Positions 21,267-29,750 of a stretch of 41,882 bases of DNA are shown one piece after another. Location: the IMG/VR virus record IMGVR_UViG_3300029331_000006; one strand, written 5' to 3'. The stretch comes from a virus. The stretch's first letter is position 1. Every line of letters begins with the position of its first letter. Made by a program: the position numbers and the translations under genes. A model generated the notes under the pieces. That model was not told the DNA's origin. It saw nothing but the letters and a program-made list of their open reading frames with translations, and did no database searches.

Positions 21267-23705
21267 CTACATATTTGCCATACATTTTTGAATTTTAGGA
21301 ACTATTACGTTTATAACGTCGTCGGCGATTTCATCGGCGGTTTTGTTGTCGGCATTTATAACTATCTTAATTTCATTCGTTATAGTGTTGCCACCTTTGT
21401 TGCTTTCGGCTATGTATTGACTTAAATTATTCCAAAATGTTCTAAGCGGAAGTATCGCCTCTGCTCCGGCTTCTCCGCCCATTTGGACTTTTCCGTTTGC
21501 ATATCCGAACGCTGTCGGACGTGTCATAATACCGCCTTTTGCATTCCATTCAAGTCCAAGTTTCGGAATCGGTGTACTGACACCGGCTATACTTACCGTA
21601 CCTTTTTGTACAATCTTAGGCGCTTTGATAATTCCTTTAATCTTACCCCAAACGTCCGATACCTTGTCGGCAATACTGCCGAATATCTCCTTGACTTTGT
21701 TCACCGCCGCACTGATTTTTTCAGTAATACCATTTTTAATGTTTTCAAAAATAGTCATTACGGTGTTTTTCACATTGCCAAACGCTTCGCTGAATTTACC
21801 TTTTACGACTTCCATCTTTTCACCGACTGCATTGACAACCTCGCCGAGCTTACCGCCTGTTAATTGATTAATTGCGTCATAGCCTGTCCTGTAGTATTCC
21901 TTGACACCCTCTATTGCCGCAAATGTAGCACCTTTCAGTCCACCGCCGTGCGCGTCATAGGCACTTTTTATGTTGTTCAGTTTTTCCGATACAACATTTT
22001 TAACACCGCCCCATAATTCTGACGTTTTTTCTTTGACTCCGTTCCACATCTCGCTTCCGATTGATTTGATACCTTCCCAAATTGACTTTATCAACTGCAA
22101 ACCCAAATCAAACCAATTAACAGACTTAAATCCTTTTACGATTGCACCCGTTATTCGCGGTAAAGCCGCTATCAACTGCGGAATTGCCCGTACAAGTCCG
22201 ACTGCTAAGTTTACGACCAACTGCATTCCGTTTTGTATAATTTGGGGCATCATCGAATATGACGCGCTAACAATTCCTGTTATCAGATTTACACCTGCAT
22301 CTATTATTCTCGGTAAATTTGCTATCAAACCGTTAGCTAATGACGCAACAAGCTGAACGGCTCCCATAATAAGCAATGGTATGTTGTTCACTAATCCATT
22401 GACTAACCCCTCTATCAAAGTTACTGCTCCGTTCACAATTTGAGGCATAGAATTAGTTAATCCTTGCATTAAATTGCTGACTATTTTTGATGCCGCATCT
22501 AATAACTGTGGCACTACGGTTGAAATACCGGCGACCGCTACAATAATCATATTGCTCAAGCACTCTGAAAATTGCGTTGCGTTCTGTGTCAGACCATTTA
22601 CCAAAGACGATATAAGCGATACGGCACTGTTTGCCAATGTAGGAGCGAGGTCATTAATTAACGGTGGAATTGTTTCGCCGATTACCGGTGCCAACCCCTC
22701 AATTAAATAGCCGACACCACTCAAAGCACCTTTAATGGCGGGTATAATATTCTGTCCGAATGTTACGGCTGTATTAATCAATGCGTCTAAACTTTGGTCA
22801 AACATATCTCCGCCTGTTGTCAGTCCCACCAACACGTTTTGAAATGCCGCTTTCAGTGACCCCCACGATCCGCTTATTGTCGTGCTTGCCTCTTTTGCGG
22901 TTGTGCCGGTAATATCCATTTGAGTTTGAATTGCGTGAATAGCCTGTGTAATATCGGCAAATGATGAAATGTCGTACCTCTGTCCCGTAAGTTTTTCTGC
23001 GTCACTGAGAAGTCGTTTCATTTCCTCTTGTGTACCGCCGTAACCTAACTTCAAGTTGTCAAGCATAGTATAATTCTGTTTTGCAAATCCCTGATACGCA
23101 TTTTTTATGGACTCCATATCCGTACCCATTTTATTTGCATTATCGGACATATCAACCAATGCCGAATTTGCGTAATCCGCCGCCTTGTTTGTATCTCCGC
23201 CTAAGCTTGATATTAATGACGCTGAAAATCCCGTAACAGTATCCATATATTCATTCGCCGACATTCCGGCAGTCATATATGCCTTATTTGCATTTTCTAA
23301 TACAACATTTTGCGCACTCATCAAACTGTCGTATTTCCCTTGAATATCAGAAACACTTTTACCGACACTCTGTGCATATTCCTCAACACTTCTTCCGCCT
23401 GCTCCGAACAACGTTTCTACACCGCCCGTAAGTTGTTCATAATCAGCAAATGCACCGACAGACTTTGAAACCAAAGCCGTTACGGCAGTCGCCGCAGCCG
23501 CTCCTGCCACCGCTAAACCTTTTCCGACTTTTATGGCACTGCTCCCTATACCTTTCATTACAGAAGACATCTTTGAGGCGCTGTTCGTTGCGTCTTTCAT
23601 CGACTCATTCATATTTTTGACACTGCCGATTACACTTTTTATCCCTCGGGCAAATCCACTCGCATTAAGGTTCATATTCAGAACTATCGAACTTTTATTC
23701 TGCAA
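21267..23705 (-). CDS. tail tape measure protein
   Basis: 812 aa, Ala/Gly/Ile-rich helical repeats, position after the chaperone pair. TTG start after GGGGGTGA. Confidence 0.92.
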   Translation of the reverse strand: MQNKSSIVLNMNLNASGFARGIKSVIGSVKNMNESMKDATNSASKMSSVMKGIGSSAIKVGKGLAVAGAAAATAVTALVSKSVGAFADYEQLTGGVETLFGAGGRSVEEYAQSVGKSVSDIQGKYDSLMSAQNVVLENANKAYMTAGMSANEYMDTVTGFSASLISSLGGDTNKAADYANSALVDMSDNANKMGTDMESIKNAYQGFAKQNYTMLDNLKLGYGGTQEEMKRLLSDAEKLTGQRYDISSFADITQAIHAIQTQMDITGTTAKEASTTISGSWGSLKAAFQNVLVGLTTGGDMFDQSLDALINTAVTFGQNIIPAIKGALSGVGYLIEGLAPVIGETIPPLINDLAPTLANSAVSLISSLVNGLTQNATQFSECLSNMIIVAVAGISTVVPQLLDAASKIVSNLMQGLTNSMPQIVNGAVTLIEGLVNGLVNNIPLLIMGAVQLVASLANGLIANLPRIIDAGVNLITGIVSASYSMMPQIIQNGMQLVVNLAVGLVRAIPQLIAALPRITGAIVKGFKSVNWFDLGLQLIKSIWEGIKSIGSEMWNGVKEKTSELWGGVKNVVSEKLNNIKSAYDAHGGGLKGATFAAIEGVKEYYRTGYDAINQLTGGKLGEVVNAVGEKMEVVKGKFSEAFGNVKNTVMTIFENIKNGITEKISAAVNKVKEIFGSIADKVSDVWGKIKGIIKAPKIVQKGTVSIAGVSTPIPKLGLEWNAKGGIMTRPTAFGYANGKVQMGGEAGAEAILPLRTFWNNLSQYIAESNKGGNTITNEIKIVINADNKTADEIADDVINVIVPKIQKCMANM

Positions 23706-23771
23706 AACTATTCACCCCCTACGCTATCACAAATGCACGGCATTTGCTCGCTATAATTTTGCTCCGCAAAA

Positions 23772-24319
23772 TTATTCACCTCCCAACGCCTTCCACTTTG
23801 CGTACTCGTCATCATTTGCCTTTTTGGCACTTGCAAGGAAAAATATTTTTTCAATTTCTGGTCTTGCAAGCACCTTTTCGGGCAATATTCCTCTTTGCAG
23901 ATAATGATGTATCATATAGAGTTCATCATCTGCCTCTATCAGTTTTTTACTTCTTCAACAAGTTTTACACTGTCGATATATCCCGCAAGTTTCATACACT
24001 CCATTGCAATCGGTGAGATTTCGCCGTCGTCAAAAATCTTTTCTACGATTTCTTCGGGATATGTACAGCCGTATGCCTCCTGAAGTTCTTTTGAATGTAA
24101 ATCCGGTTCGGCAACACACTCATAAACAAGGTGAGCGTCACCGTCCTTTTCCATTTCCGCCGATTCTGTTGCAAGCGACTTTGTCGGTGCTTTTATAACA
24201 ATCTCGCCACCAAGGCTTTTTACATAAACTCTCGCTCTTTTTACGTTTTTCTTTGCCTCAAGCACTTGCTCCTTACGCTTAATAAGTTCCGCAAGAGTAA
24301 TTTTTGTATTCTTATCCAT
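23772..24319 (-). CDS. tail assembly chaperone, -1 frameshift-extended form (G/GT-like)
   Basis: The -1 frame stays open from the slippery site to the TAA at 23772-23774. Hand-translated extension: KKLIEADDELYMIHHYLQRGILPEKVLARPEIEKIFFLASAKKANDDEYAKWKALGGE. Confidence 0.7.
23939..24319 (-). CDS. tail assembly chaperone (XkdN-like), zero-frame product
   Basis: 126 aa, located between the tube and tape measure genes. Confidence 0.88.
   Translation of the reverse strand: MDKNTKITLAELIKRKEQVLEAKKNVKRARVYVKSLGGEIVIKAPTKSLATESAEMEKDGDAHLVYECVAEPDLHSKELQEAYGCTYPEEIVEKIFDDGEISPIAMECMKLAGYIDSVKLVEEVKN
23942..23948 (-). promoter_or_regulatory. Programmed -1 ribosomal frameshift slippery heptamer A_AAA_AAC
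   Basis: GTA AAA AAC TGA at the end of the chaperone ORF. Confidence 0.7.
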
Positions 24320-24337
24320 AATCTTTTACCTCCGTTA

Positions 24338-24778
24338 TTACGCATTCATTGTAGATGTAAGGTCATAGTCGGTAAAACCGCCGCTGAATTCTTCTTCAAC
24401 TATCTTACCGGTTTCAAAATTCATAAGTGACACATCATTATACCAACAATTATCAAGTTGAATTGTTTCATAACCGCCGTTATCAGGATCTTCAAGTCTT
24501 GCCACCAACGTATGTCTTGTATCTTTACCTTTTTTATGTCCGTCGGCTATTTCTTTACCTCTTGAATATACCTTTCGTACGGTATATGAAAATTCATAGT
24601 CAACGCCCATAAGCTTTGAATCGTTCGTTGTATCGCCGGCAAAACTTACACTCTCACGATTTGTCTTTTCCTTTGCCTCGAACTTATACACTTCATAGGC
24701 AAGACTTCCGTCAATCCAAAGTTTACCGAATGTACCGGAACAAAGTTGATTACCTCTCGGTTTAACACTTTCAGCCAT
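24338..24778 (-). CDS. tail tube protein (XkdM-like)
   Basis: 146 aa, directly after the sheath gene. Confidence 0.9.
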   Translation of the reverse strand: MAESVKPRGNQLCSGTFGKLWIDGSLAYEVYKFEAKEKTNRESVSFAGDTTNDSKLMGVDYEFSYTVRKVYSRGKEIADGHKKGKDTRHTLVARLEDPDNGGYETIQLDNCWYNDVSLMNFETGKIVEEEFSGGFTDYDLTSTMNA

Positions 24779-24784
24779 TATCTA

Positions 24785-25831
24785 TCACTCCAATCCTATT
24801 TTAAAACTCAAATCTTCAATACAATCCTGTATTGTAATATCAGCCCCCGCAAATATGATACTTCCCGTATTTGCTACTTCGACTTCGCTGTCCGTCCAAT
24901 CCGACACGTCATATTTTTGAGCAAGCCATTCACGTTGCGACTGAACGTCAATATACGCTCTGCAATCGGCACCGTCATACAATACGCCCTGTGACTGCAA
25001 CGACTTAAAATACTGATTAACCGCACCGATAAACAACATTTTATTTTCGTGACTGTTTACAACATTAATATAATTTTCCTCAAACGATGCTTTTATATCA
25101 TCTCTTATGAGGTCAAGACTGTCTATAATCTTGATTTTCTTCATATCCTCCGTCTTATCGCCCGACAAGGTTACAAGCGAATTGACACCTCTGCCGACTT
25201 TAACCTTTTCACCGTCATTGATAAGTATAAACTTACCGCCGTCAATATCATCATCCGGAGTTGTACTTTCCGTTATGCTTTCAACCTCCGCAAGAGTTTG
25301 ATACGTTGCGCCCTCTGTCATAGGCAATCCTGCCAAAAGGCCTGCAATACGGCAACAGTATTCGGCAGTGGTATAAACCTTTGTACCGACTTTTATATCA
25401 TTGGTTGCGAAGTTTATAATACCCTCATTATTCGCCGCATACGGAAGTACGGCTTTAAATGTCTTTTTCGCATTTCTCTGTGCAATAATCCAATCCGCAA
25501 TATCTTTTTCGTTATCGGCAAGCGACGGTATTGCAAGGTAATTCCACTTTTTATTTTTTAATCGTGCAAGTGCGTCGTCATAGGTATCTTCCGCACCTAT
25601 TCTCTCGACAATAACCCTTTGCGGTCCGCCGAGGAACGTCTTGCTTATGTAATCATAATTTGCGGTTGTCCAATGCGATTTTACAACTTCACTCTCATTT
25701 GTATACGAATATGATGTAATATCGCTCTTGGTTGCGTCACGCAAAATCAGTGCAACAATGCCGTTTGCACTTCGTTTAATTGCCGTTTCAGCTTTGGACT
25801 GAAACACTATATTTATTTCAGGTAAACCCAT
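24785..25831 (-). CDS. contractile tail sheath protein (XkdK-like)
   Basis: 348 aa. N-terminus GLPEINIVFQSKAETAIKRSANGIVALILRD is typical of sheath proteins. Confidence 0.92.
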   Translation of the reverse strand: MGLPEINIVFQSKAETAIKRSANGIVALILRDATKSDITSYSYTNESEVVKSHWTTANYDYISKTFLGGPQRVIVERIGAEDTYDDALARLKNKKWNYLAIPSLADNEKDIADWIIAQRNAKKTFKAVLPYAANNEGIINFATNDIKVGTKVYTTAEYCCRIAGLLAGLPMTEGATYQTLAEVESITESTTPDDDIDGGKFILINDGEKVKVGRGVNSLVTLSGDKTEDMKKIKIIDSLDLIRDDIKASFEENYINVVNSHENKMLFIGAVNQYFKSLQSQGVLYDGADCRAYIDVQSQREWLAQKYDVSDWTDSEVEVANTGSIIFAGADITIQDCIEDLSFKIGLE

Positions 25832-26253
25832 TATAAATCTCCTCCTAACATCAAATCTTCTGCCTTATCGTATGTACTTTCGTTTCTCACCTTAACGGTG
25901 TAATTGTATACAAGCTCCGTCACAAGCGTATAATTTTCCATAGAGAAATTAATATCAAAGCACCTTACACGCATACCGTCAGGCAGTACAAGCGGTTTAT
26001 ACAAAAACAAGCCCCTTAATTTTTCAGCCACATCAATAAATTCATCTTGACTTATATCTTTCGGAACATATCTTATTCGTACCGTCTGCGTTTCATCGTC
26101 CAAAAATGAATTTGTCGACTGTACGTTAAGCGGAAACATCTCAACGATAAAGCAAGGCTCTGAAAATCCTTGTTCGGTGTATGCGGTATAAACCGCATTG
26201 CCGAAACAGTCATAAATAGCTTTTGTTACTGCATTTTTAATACTCGTCATCAT
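25831..26253 (-). CDS. tail completion / terminator-position protein
   Basis: 140 aa. Assigned by synteny only. Confidence 0.65.
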   Translation of the reverse strand: MMTSIKNAVTKAIYDCFGNAVYTAYTEQGFSEPCFIVEMFPLNVQSTNSFLDDETQTVRIRYVPKDISQDEFIDVAEKLRGLFLYKPLVLPDGMRVRCFDINFSMENYTLVTELVYNYTVKVRNESTYDKAEDLMLGGDL

Positions 26254-26684
26254 TTCAGTACTTCCTCCATCTTCTGCATAAGTATTTTCGGCGCTACCTT
26301 ATCGACTTTCGGTACTACGGTGTTAAGATATTTTTTGCCCTCAACCCACTTTTTGCCGTTTTTCTTCGGCTTGTAATTGGGCGAAGTACCCTTTCCCCAC
26401 CTTGTACGGTGTCCGAACTCCACATAAGGAGCGTATTCAAGAGCGGTGTATATTCCGCCTTTTACCGTACTTCCGCTTACTGTCGTTTCTTCTGTTTGCC
26501 AACTCTTTTTCAGTGTACCGCCCACTTTACCGTTTTTGTAATGCCCTGGCTTTGTTACGTTACTTATATATTTAAGTGCTCTTTGAGAAATCTCATTCAT
26601 AGCGGATACACAAGCTTTGGTGTAATCCGCACTTTCCATTTGCTTTTGTAATTTCTCAAGCTGTGAAAAATCAATCTCATTCAT
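26250..26684 (-). CDS. HK97 gp10-family head-tail joining protein
   Basis: YAPYVEFGHRT motif. Confidence 0.8.
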   Translation of the reverse strand: MNEIDFSQLEKLQKQMESADYTKACVSAMNEISQRALKYISNVTKPGHYKNGKVGGTLKKSWQTEETTVSGSTVKGGIYTALEYAPYVEFGHRTRWGKGTSPNYKPKKNGKKWVEGKKYLNTVVPKVDKVAPKILMQKMEEVLK

Positions 26685-27049
26685 TACGCATAATCCTCGA
26701 ATAATTCCAGTGCAATTTCTTGGTGTGATGTATAAACCGCACTTTCACCGCTACGGCAATAGTCAGTTGTTTTTCCGTTTTGTGTAACGGTTATTTTACT
26801 GCCCGACGGTATTTCAACCTCCGGCGCAATAAAAAGCACAACCGATTGCGATATGGTGCTGTATCCATCGTCCTTTGCCGCCGAATTTCGGCTTTGAAAC
26901 GAAAGTCGGCAAGGCTGTTCGGTTAAAACAGCCTTTTCGGTAAATACGGTTTCGCCCGTTTCCTCATTCACGCTTGAAACTTTCACTTTGACAGAACATA
27001 AGCCTTTATACAGTCTTTCAATCGCCTCTCTTACCATATTCATCACCAC
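26684..27049 (-). CDS. head closure / head-tail adaptor protein
   Basis: 121 aa. Assigned by synteny. Confidence 0.7.
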   Translation of the reverse strand: MVMNMVREAIERLYKGLCSVKVKVSSVNEETGETVFTEKAVLTEQPCRLSFQSRNSAAKDDGYSTISQSVVLFIAPEVEIPSGSKITVTQNGKTTDYCRSGESAVYTSHQEIALELFEDYA

Positions 27050-27375
27050 ACCAACTTTCTGAAACGTGCAAGCCTTGCTTTGTAGTCTTTAAACACGCTC
27101 GACATACTGCTTGAATTACTGCCGTACGATACCGTAACATCGCCCTCTTTGATTGACGTTACATTGTCGTATCGTCCCGATGATGCCGATATATCATAGC
27201 GGAACAAGTCCGCCGCCATAAGTATAACGGTATGCTTTAAATCATCGGGAATACTGTCAATGTGGCAATAATTCTTGATATATTCGATTGTGCTTTCAAT
27301 ACACCTTTCGGCTTTTCCTCTGTCATCTTCGCTTATGCCGTACATATCCGTAAAAACAGTTATATACTCGTCCAT
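27043..27375 (-). CDS. head-tail connector (gp6-like)
   Basis: 110 aa, immediately after the major capsid gene. Confidence 0.72.
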   Translation of the reverse strand: MDEYITVFTDMYGISEDDRGKAERCIESTIEYIKNYCHIDSIPDDLKHTVILMAADLFRYDISASSGRYDNVTSIKEGDVTVSYGSNSSSMSSVFKDYKARLARFRKLVW

Positions 27376-27386
27376 AAGTCACCTCA

Positions 27387-28400
27387 TCAAATCTTGTGAC
27401 GCATTTCGACAATTCTAATCTGCTTAGGGTCATATACGGGTGTCCAGTTTTTTGCGTTGGCAAGTTCCGTACGCGTAGGACCTTCCGTATTTGCGACATC
27501 GGCGTCCGTAAACTTAATACCGCGTGGGTGAAGAATATACGTCTTACGATTGATAAGATAGTCAACACCGCTACCCTTTTTCTTATCTCTGTCTGTTTCT
27601 GTTGCAACAAACTTTTCCGGTGTACCGTTACCGAGTGCAATCGCACCGTTGCCGAAAAGGTACGTTGAAAATACTTGACTTGAACCAGAACCTGTTACAG
27701 GACAGCCGTCGTCAATAATAACTCTCTTACCCATATATGTACTGAACGGATTTGCCCCCGACGGCTGAATTACGTCAATAAGGTCTTGCTTTCTGAGTGC
27801 CGCCTCAACTGCACTGTGCATAACAACGGCGGTAAGTTCCGCTTTGTTGTCGCCTAAAAGCTGTTGTGCGTCAATAAAAGCACTTCCGCTCCATTTTGCA
27901 CCGTTACCGCTTGCGCTTGACATATCAAGAATGTTTGACGCAAGTCTTGTTTCAGCCTCTTTAGGCGAACCGTCGGAGACTGCCGGAATTGTGCCGAAGA
28001 TACCTTTCAGCACTGCGATAAGCTCCTTTTGTAAATCTCTTACCCAAAAGTCAGATACAAGGCTTGCAATCGCCGCCATAGGGTCAGCTCCCGACATTGC
28101 GGCAGAAAGGTCTGTCGCACTCCACATCTTAGCACGACGTAAAATTACTGCAACGTCTTTCTTACTGCTGATTTTATCCGCCGTAAGGTCGTCGCCCTCG
28201 ATAACAGTTTCCGACTCACCTGTTAAGTCTGAAAAGAACGGCATATTCACAAGCGGACTTGCCTGTGACGCAAGCTTGTCAAATTCTGCGTCATTCTGCA
28301 CTATACCGCTCTGCACAAGTGCCGATTTTTCAAGTGTTTTTTGAATAACGTACGGATTAAACAGTTCCGGTACGATAATATCTGATAAAGTTGTTCCCAT
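27387..28400 (-). CDS. major capsid protein
   Basis: 337 aa, follows the scaffold gene. Confidence 0.9.
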   Translation of the reverse strand: MGTTLSDIIVPELFNPYVIQKTLEKSALVQSGIVQNDAEFDKLASQASPLVNMPFFSDLTGESETVIEGDDLTADKISSKKDVAVILRRAKMWSATDLSAAMSGADPMAAIASLVSDFWVRDLQKELIAVLKGIFGTIPAVSDGSPKEAETRLASNILDMSSASGNGAKWSGSAFIDAQQLLGDNKAELTAVVMHSAVEAALRKQDLIDVIQPSGANPFSTYMGKRVIIDDGCPVTGSGSSQVFSTYLFGNGAIALGNGTPEKFVATETDRDKKKGSGVDYLINRKTYILHPRGIKFTDADVANTEGPTRTELANAKNWTPVYDPKQIRIVEMRHKI

Positions 28401-28401
28401 A

Positions 28402-29013
28402 TTAAATTCCTCCTGTTATTCCTGCCTCTTGCATTAATACTTTTGCTTTAGCAGGGTCGTTTTTATAAATTTCTCCCTGTTTGGTAAGATTGAATGTTTC
28501 CTTTGCCCAAGGATTTACGTCTGAACTTCCGCTTCCGCCTTTTGGTGTATATGCTCCTCCTTTTTCGGCAAAAAGGTGTGAGTACGTCTTATCCTCCCTA
28601 AGCGGTTTAAGAATATCGTCCACACCGACAGGCTTGCCGTCTTTGTCGAATGTAAACTTGTCAATTCCGCCTTGCTTGTAAATAAGATAATCTGCATCTG
28701 TCACACCTGCTTTTGCAAGCTGTTCTTTTAAAGCAAACGTCTTAGCGGTGTTCAACGCATTTGTCTTGAGCGTTTCAATCTCGCCTTCATACTCTGTGAT
28801 TTTCTTCTGCAATCCCTCATTGTCGGCATTTGATTGTTTAAGGTCCTCAATGGTTTTGTTCGCCGTTTTAAGCTCCGTAACTTTGTCATTGAAAACATTT
28901 TTCGGTACTGCATACTTCGGAAATTCAGAGTTTACAGTCGACATCACTCCGTCAATATCCAATTTGCCGTCCTCAATCTTTGCCTTTTCCAATATTGCCT
29001 TTAACCATTCCAT
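28402..29013 (-). CDS. capsid scaffolding protein (GP20-like)
   Basis: 203 aa, coiled-coil character. N-terminus MEWLKAILEKAKIEDGKLDIDGVMSTVNSEFPKYAVPK. Confidence 0.85.
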   Translation of the reverse strand: MEWLKAILEKAKIEDGKLDIDGVMSTVNSEFPKYAVPKNVFNDKVTELKTANKTIEDLKQSNADNEGLQKKITEYEGEIETLKTNALNTAKTFALKEQLAKAGVTDADYLIYKQGGIDKFTFDKDGKPVGVDDILKPLREDKTYSHLFAEKGGAYTPKGGSGSSDVNPWAKETFNLTKQGEIYKNDPAKAKVLMQEAGITGGI

Positions 29014-29103
29014 TCTTATTTCTCCTCCATAATTAATTTTTTATTCAGGTGCGTTCCTGTAAAAAGCATTGTTCTTTATTCTCTGCAACGCTGAAAAAAG
29101 AGT

Positions 29104-29131
29104 ATAAAAAAAGCACCGTTTCATAGGTGCT
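29104..29131 (-). terminator. Intrinsic terminator (second of a tandem pair) upstream of the scaffold gene
   Basis: On the minus strand: AGCACC-tatgaaac-GGTGCT followed by TTTTTTTAT. Confidence 0.65.
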
Positions 29132-29181
29132 AAGGCGGTAAACCTCGTATATTCACTTGTTCCACTCTCCTTTTTCGTATC

Positions 29182-29207
29182 AAAAAAGCACGCCCTAAGA
29201 CGTGCTT
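29182..29207 (-). terminator. Intrinsic terminator (first of a tandem pair) after the YjcQ-like gene
   Basis: On the minus strand: AAGCACG-tcttaggg-CGTGCTT followed by TTTTTG. Confidence 0.7.
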
Positions 29208-29221
29208 AATGTATATTTAAT

Positions 29222-29539
29222 TTATATACCGGGAATTGTTTCTTTAATGCTTTTAGCTAAATTTGCCGCTTTTTTCATCAAAGAATTTTCGCTAAGATAT
29301 TCAAGTCCTTTTAATGTTATTCGGACATCATCGAATTTGATTCCCTGTATTCCTATCATATCAACTATGATTACTCCGGTTATATATTCTTCTTTGGCAA
29401 GCATTCTGATAATATTCTCAAATCGATTTTCTGTTATCTTGAAATTTTCTGCCTTTAGCAAAGACCTATCAACTTCATCACAATCCATTGCACTTTCAAG
29501 GACTTTAAGTATTTTATAAATAACTTTAAAATTATCCAT
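29222..29539 (-). CDS. YjcQ-family protein (winged-helix-like)
   Basis: FKVIYKILKVLE ... ITLKGLEYLSENSLMKKAANLAK pattern typical of YjcQ. Confidence 0.8.
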   Translation of the reverse strand: MDNFKVIYKILKVLESAMDCDEVDRSLLKAENFKITENRFENIIRMLAKEEYITGVIIVDMIGIQGIKFDDVRITLKGLEYLSENSLMKKAANLAKSIKETIPGI

Positions 29540-29591
29540 TGCCTATACTCCCTTTGTTGTAATAAAAACATACTCATTAGTGTTTTTTGCT

Positions 29592-29750
29592 TTAATCAAA
29601 CATACTATATTCTTTTCGTAACTTCTCGTAATACTTTTTTACTTCTTCAGGTGCATCTTCTCGTAAGTGGCATTCTCCGTCGGGATACTCTTCCCATTTG
29701 TCCAACTCTTTACTCATCTTCAAATCATATTCTGTTATAAGCCTCATCAT
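29592..29750 (-). CDS. hypothetical 52-aa protein translationally coupled to MuF (below the ORF-track cutoff)
   Basis: ATGA overlap with the MuF stop. Hand translation gives MMRLITEYDLKMSKELDKWEEYPDGECHLREDAPEEVKKYYEKLRKEYSMFD. Confidence 0.5.
   Translation of the reverse strand: MMRLITEYDLKMSKELDKWEEYPDGECHLREDAPEEVKKYYEKLRKEYSMFD

Noticed and set aside
23706-23771. Two small perfect hairpins (AATTTTGC-GGA-GCAAAATT and CAAATGC-CGT-GCATTTG) between the chaperone extension and the tape measure start
   Set aside because: The stems are short and AT-rich with no T-run, and the function is unclear. They may only modulate translation, so they were not reported as features.
27323-27646. 107-aa minus-strand ORF overlapping the 3' part of the major capsid gene and the connector gene
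   Set aside because: It is out of frame inside two well-supported structural genes, and its sequence is Arg/Lys-rich and unlike a protein.
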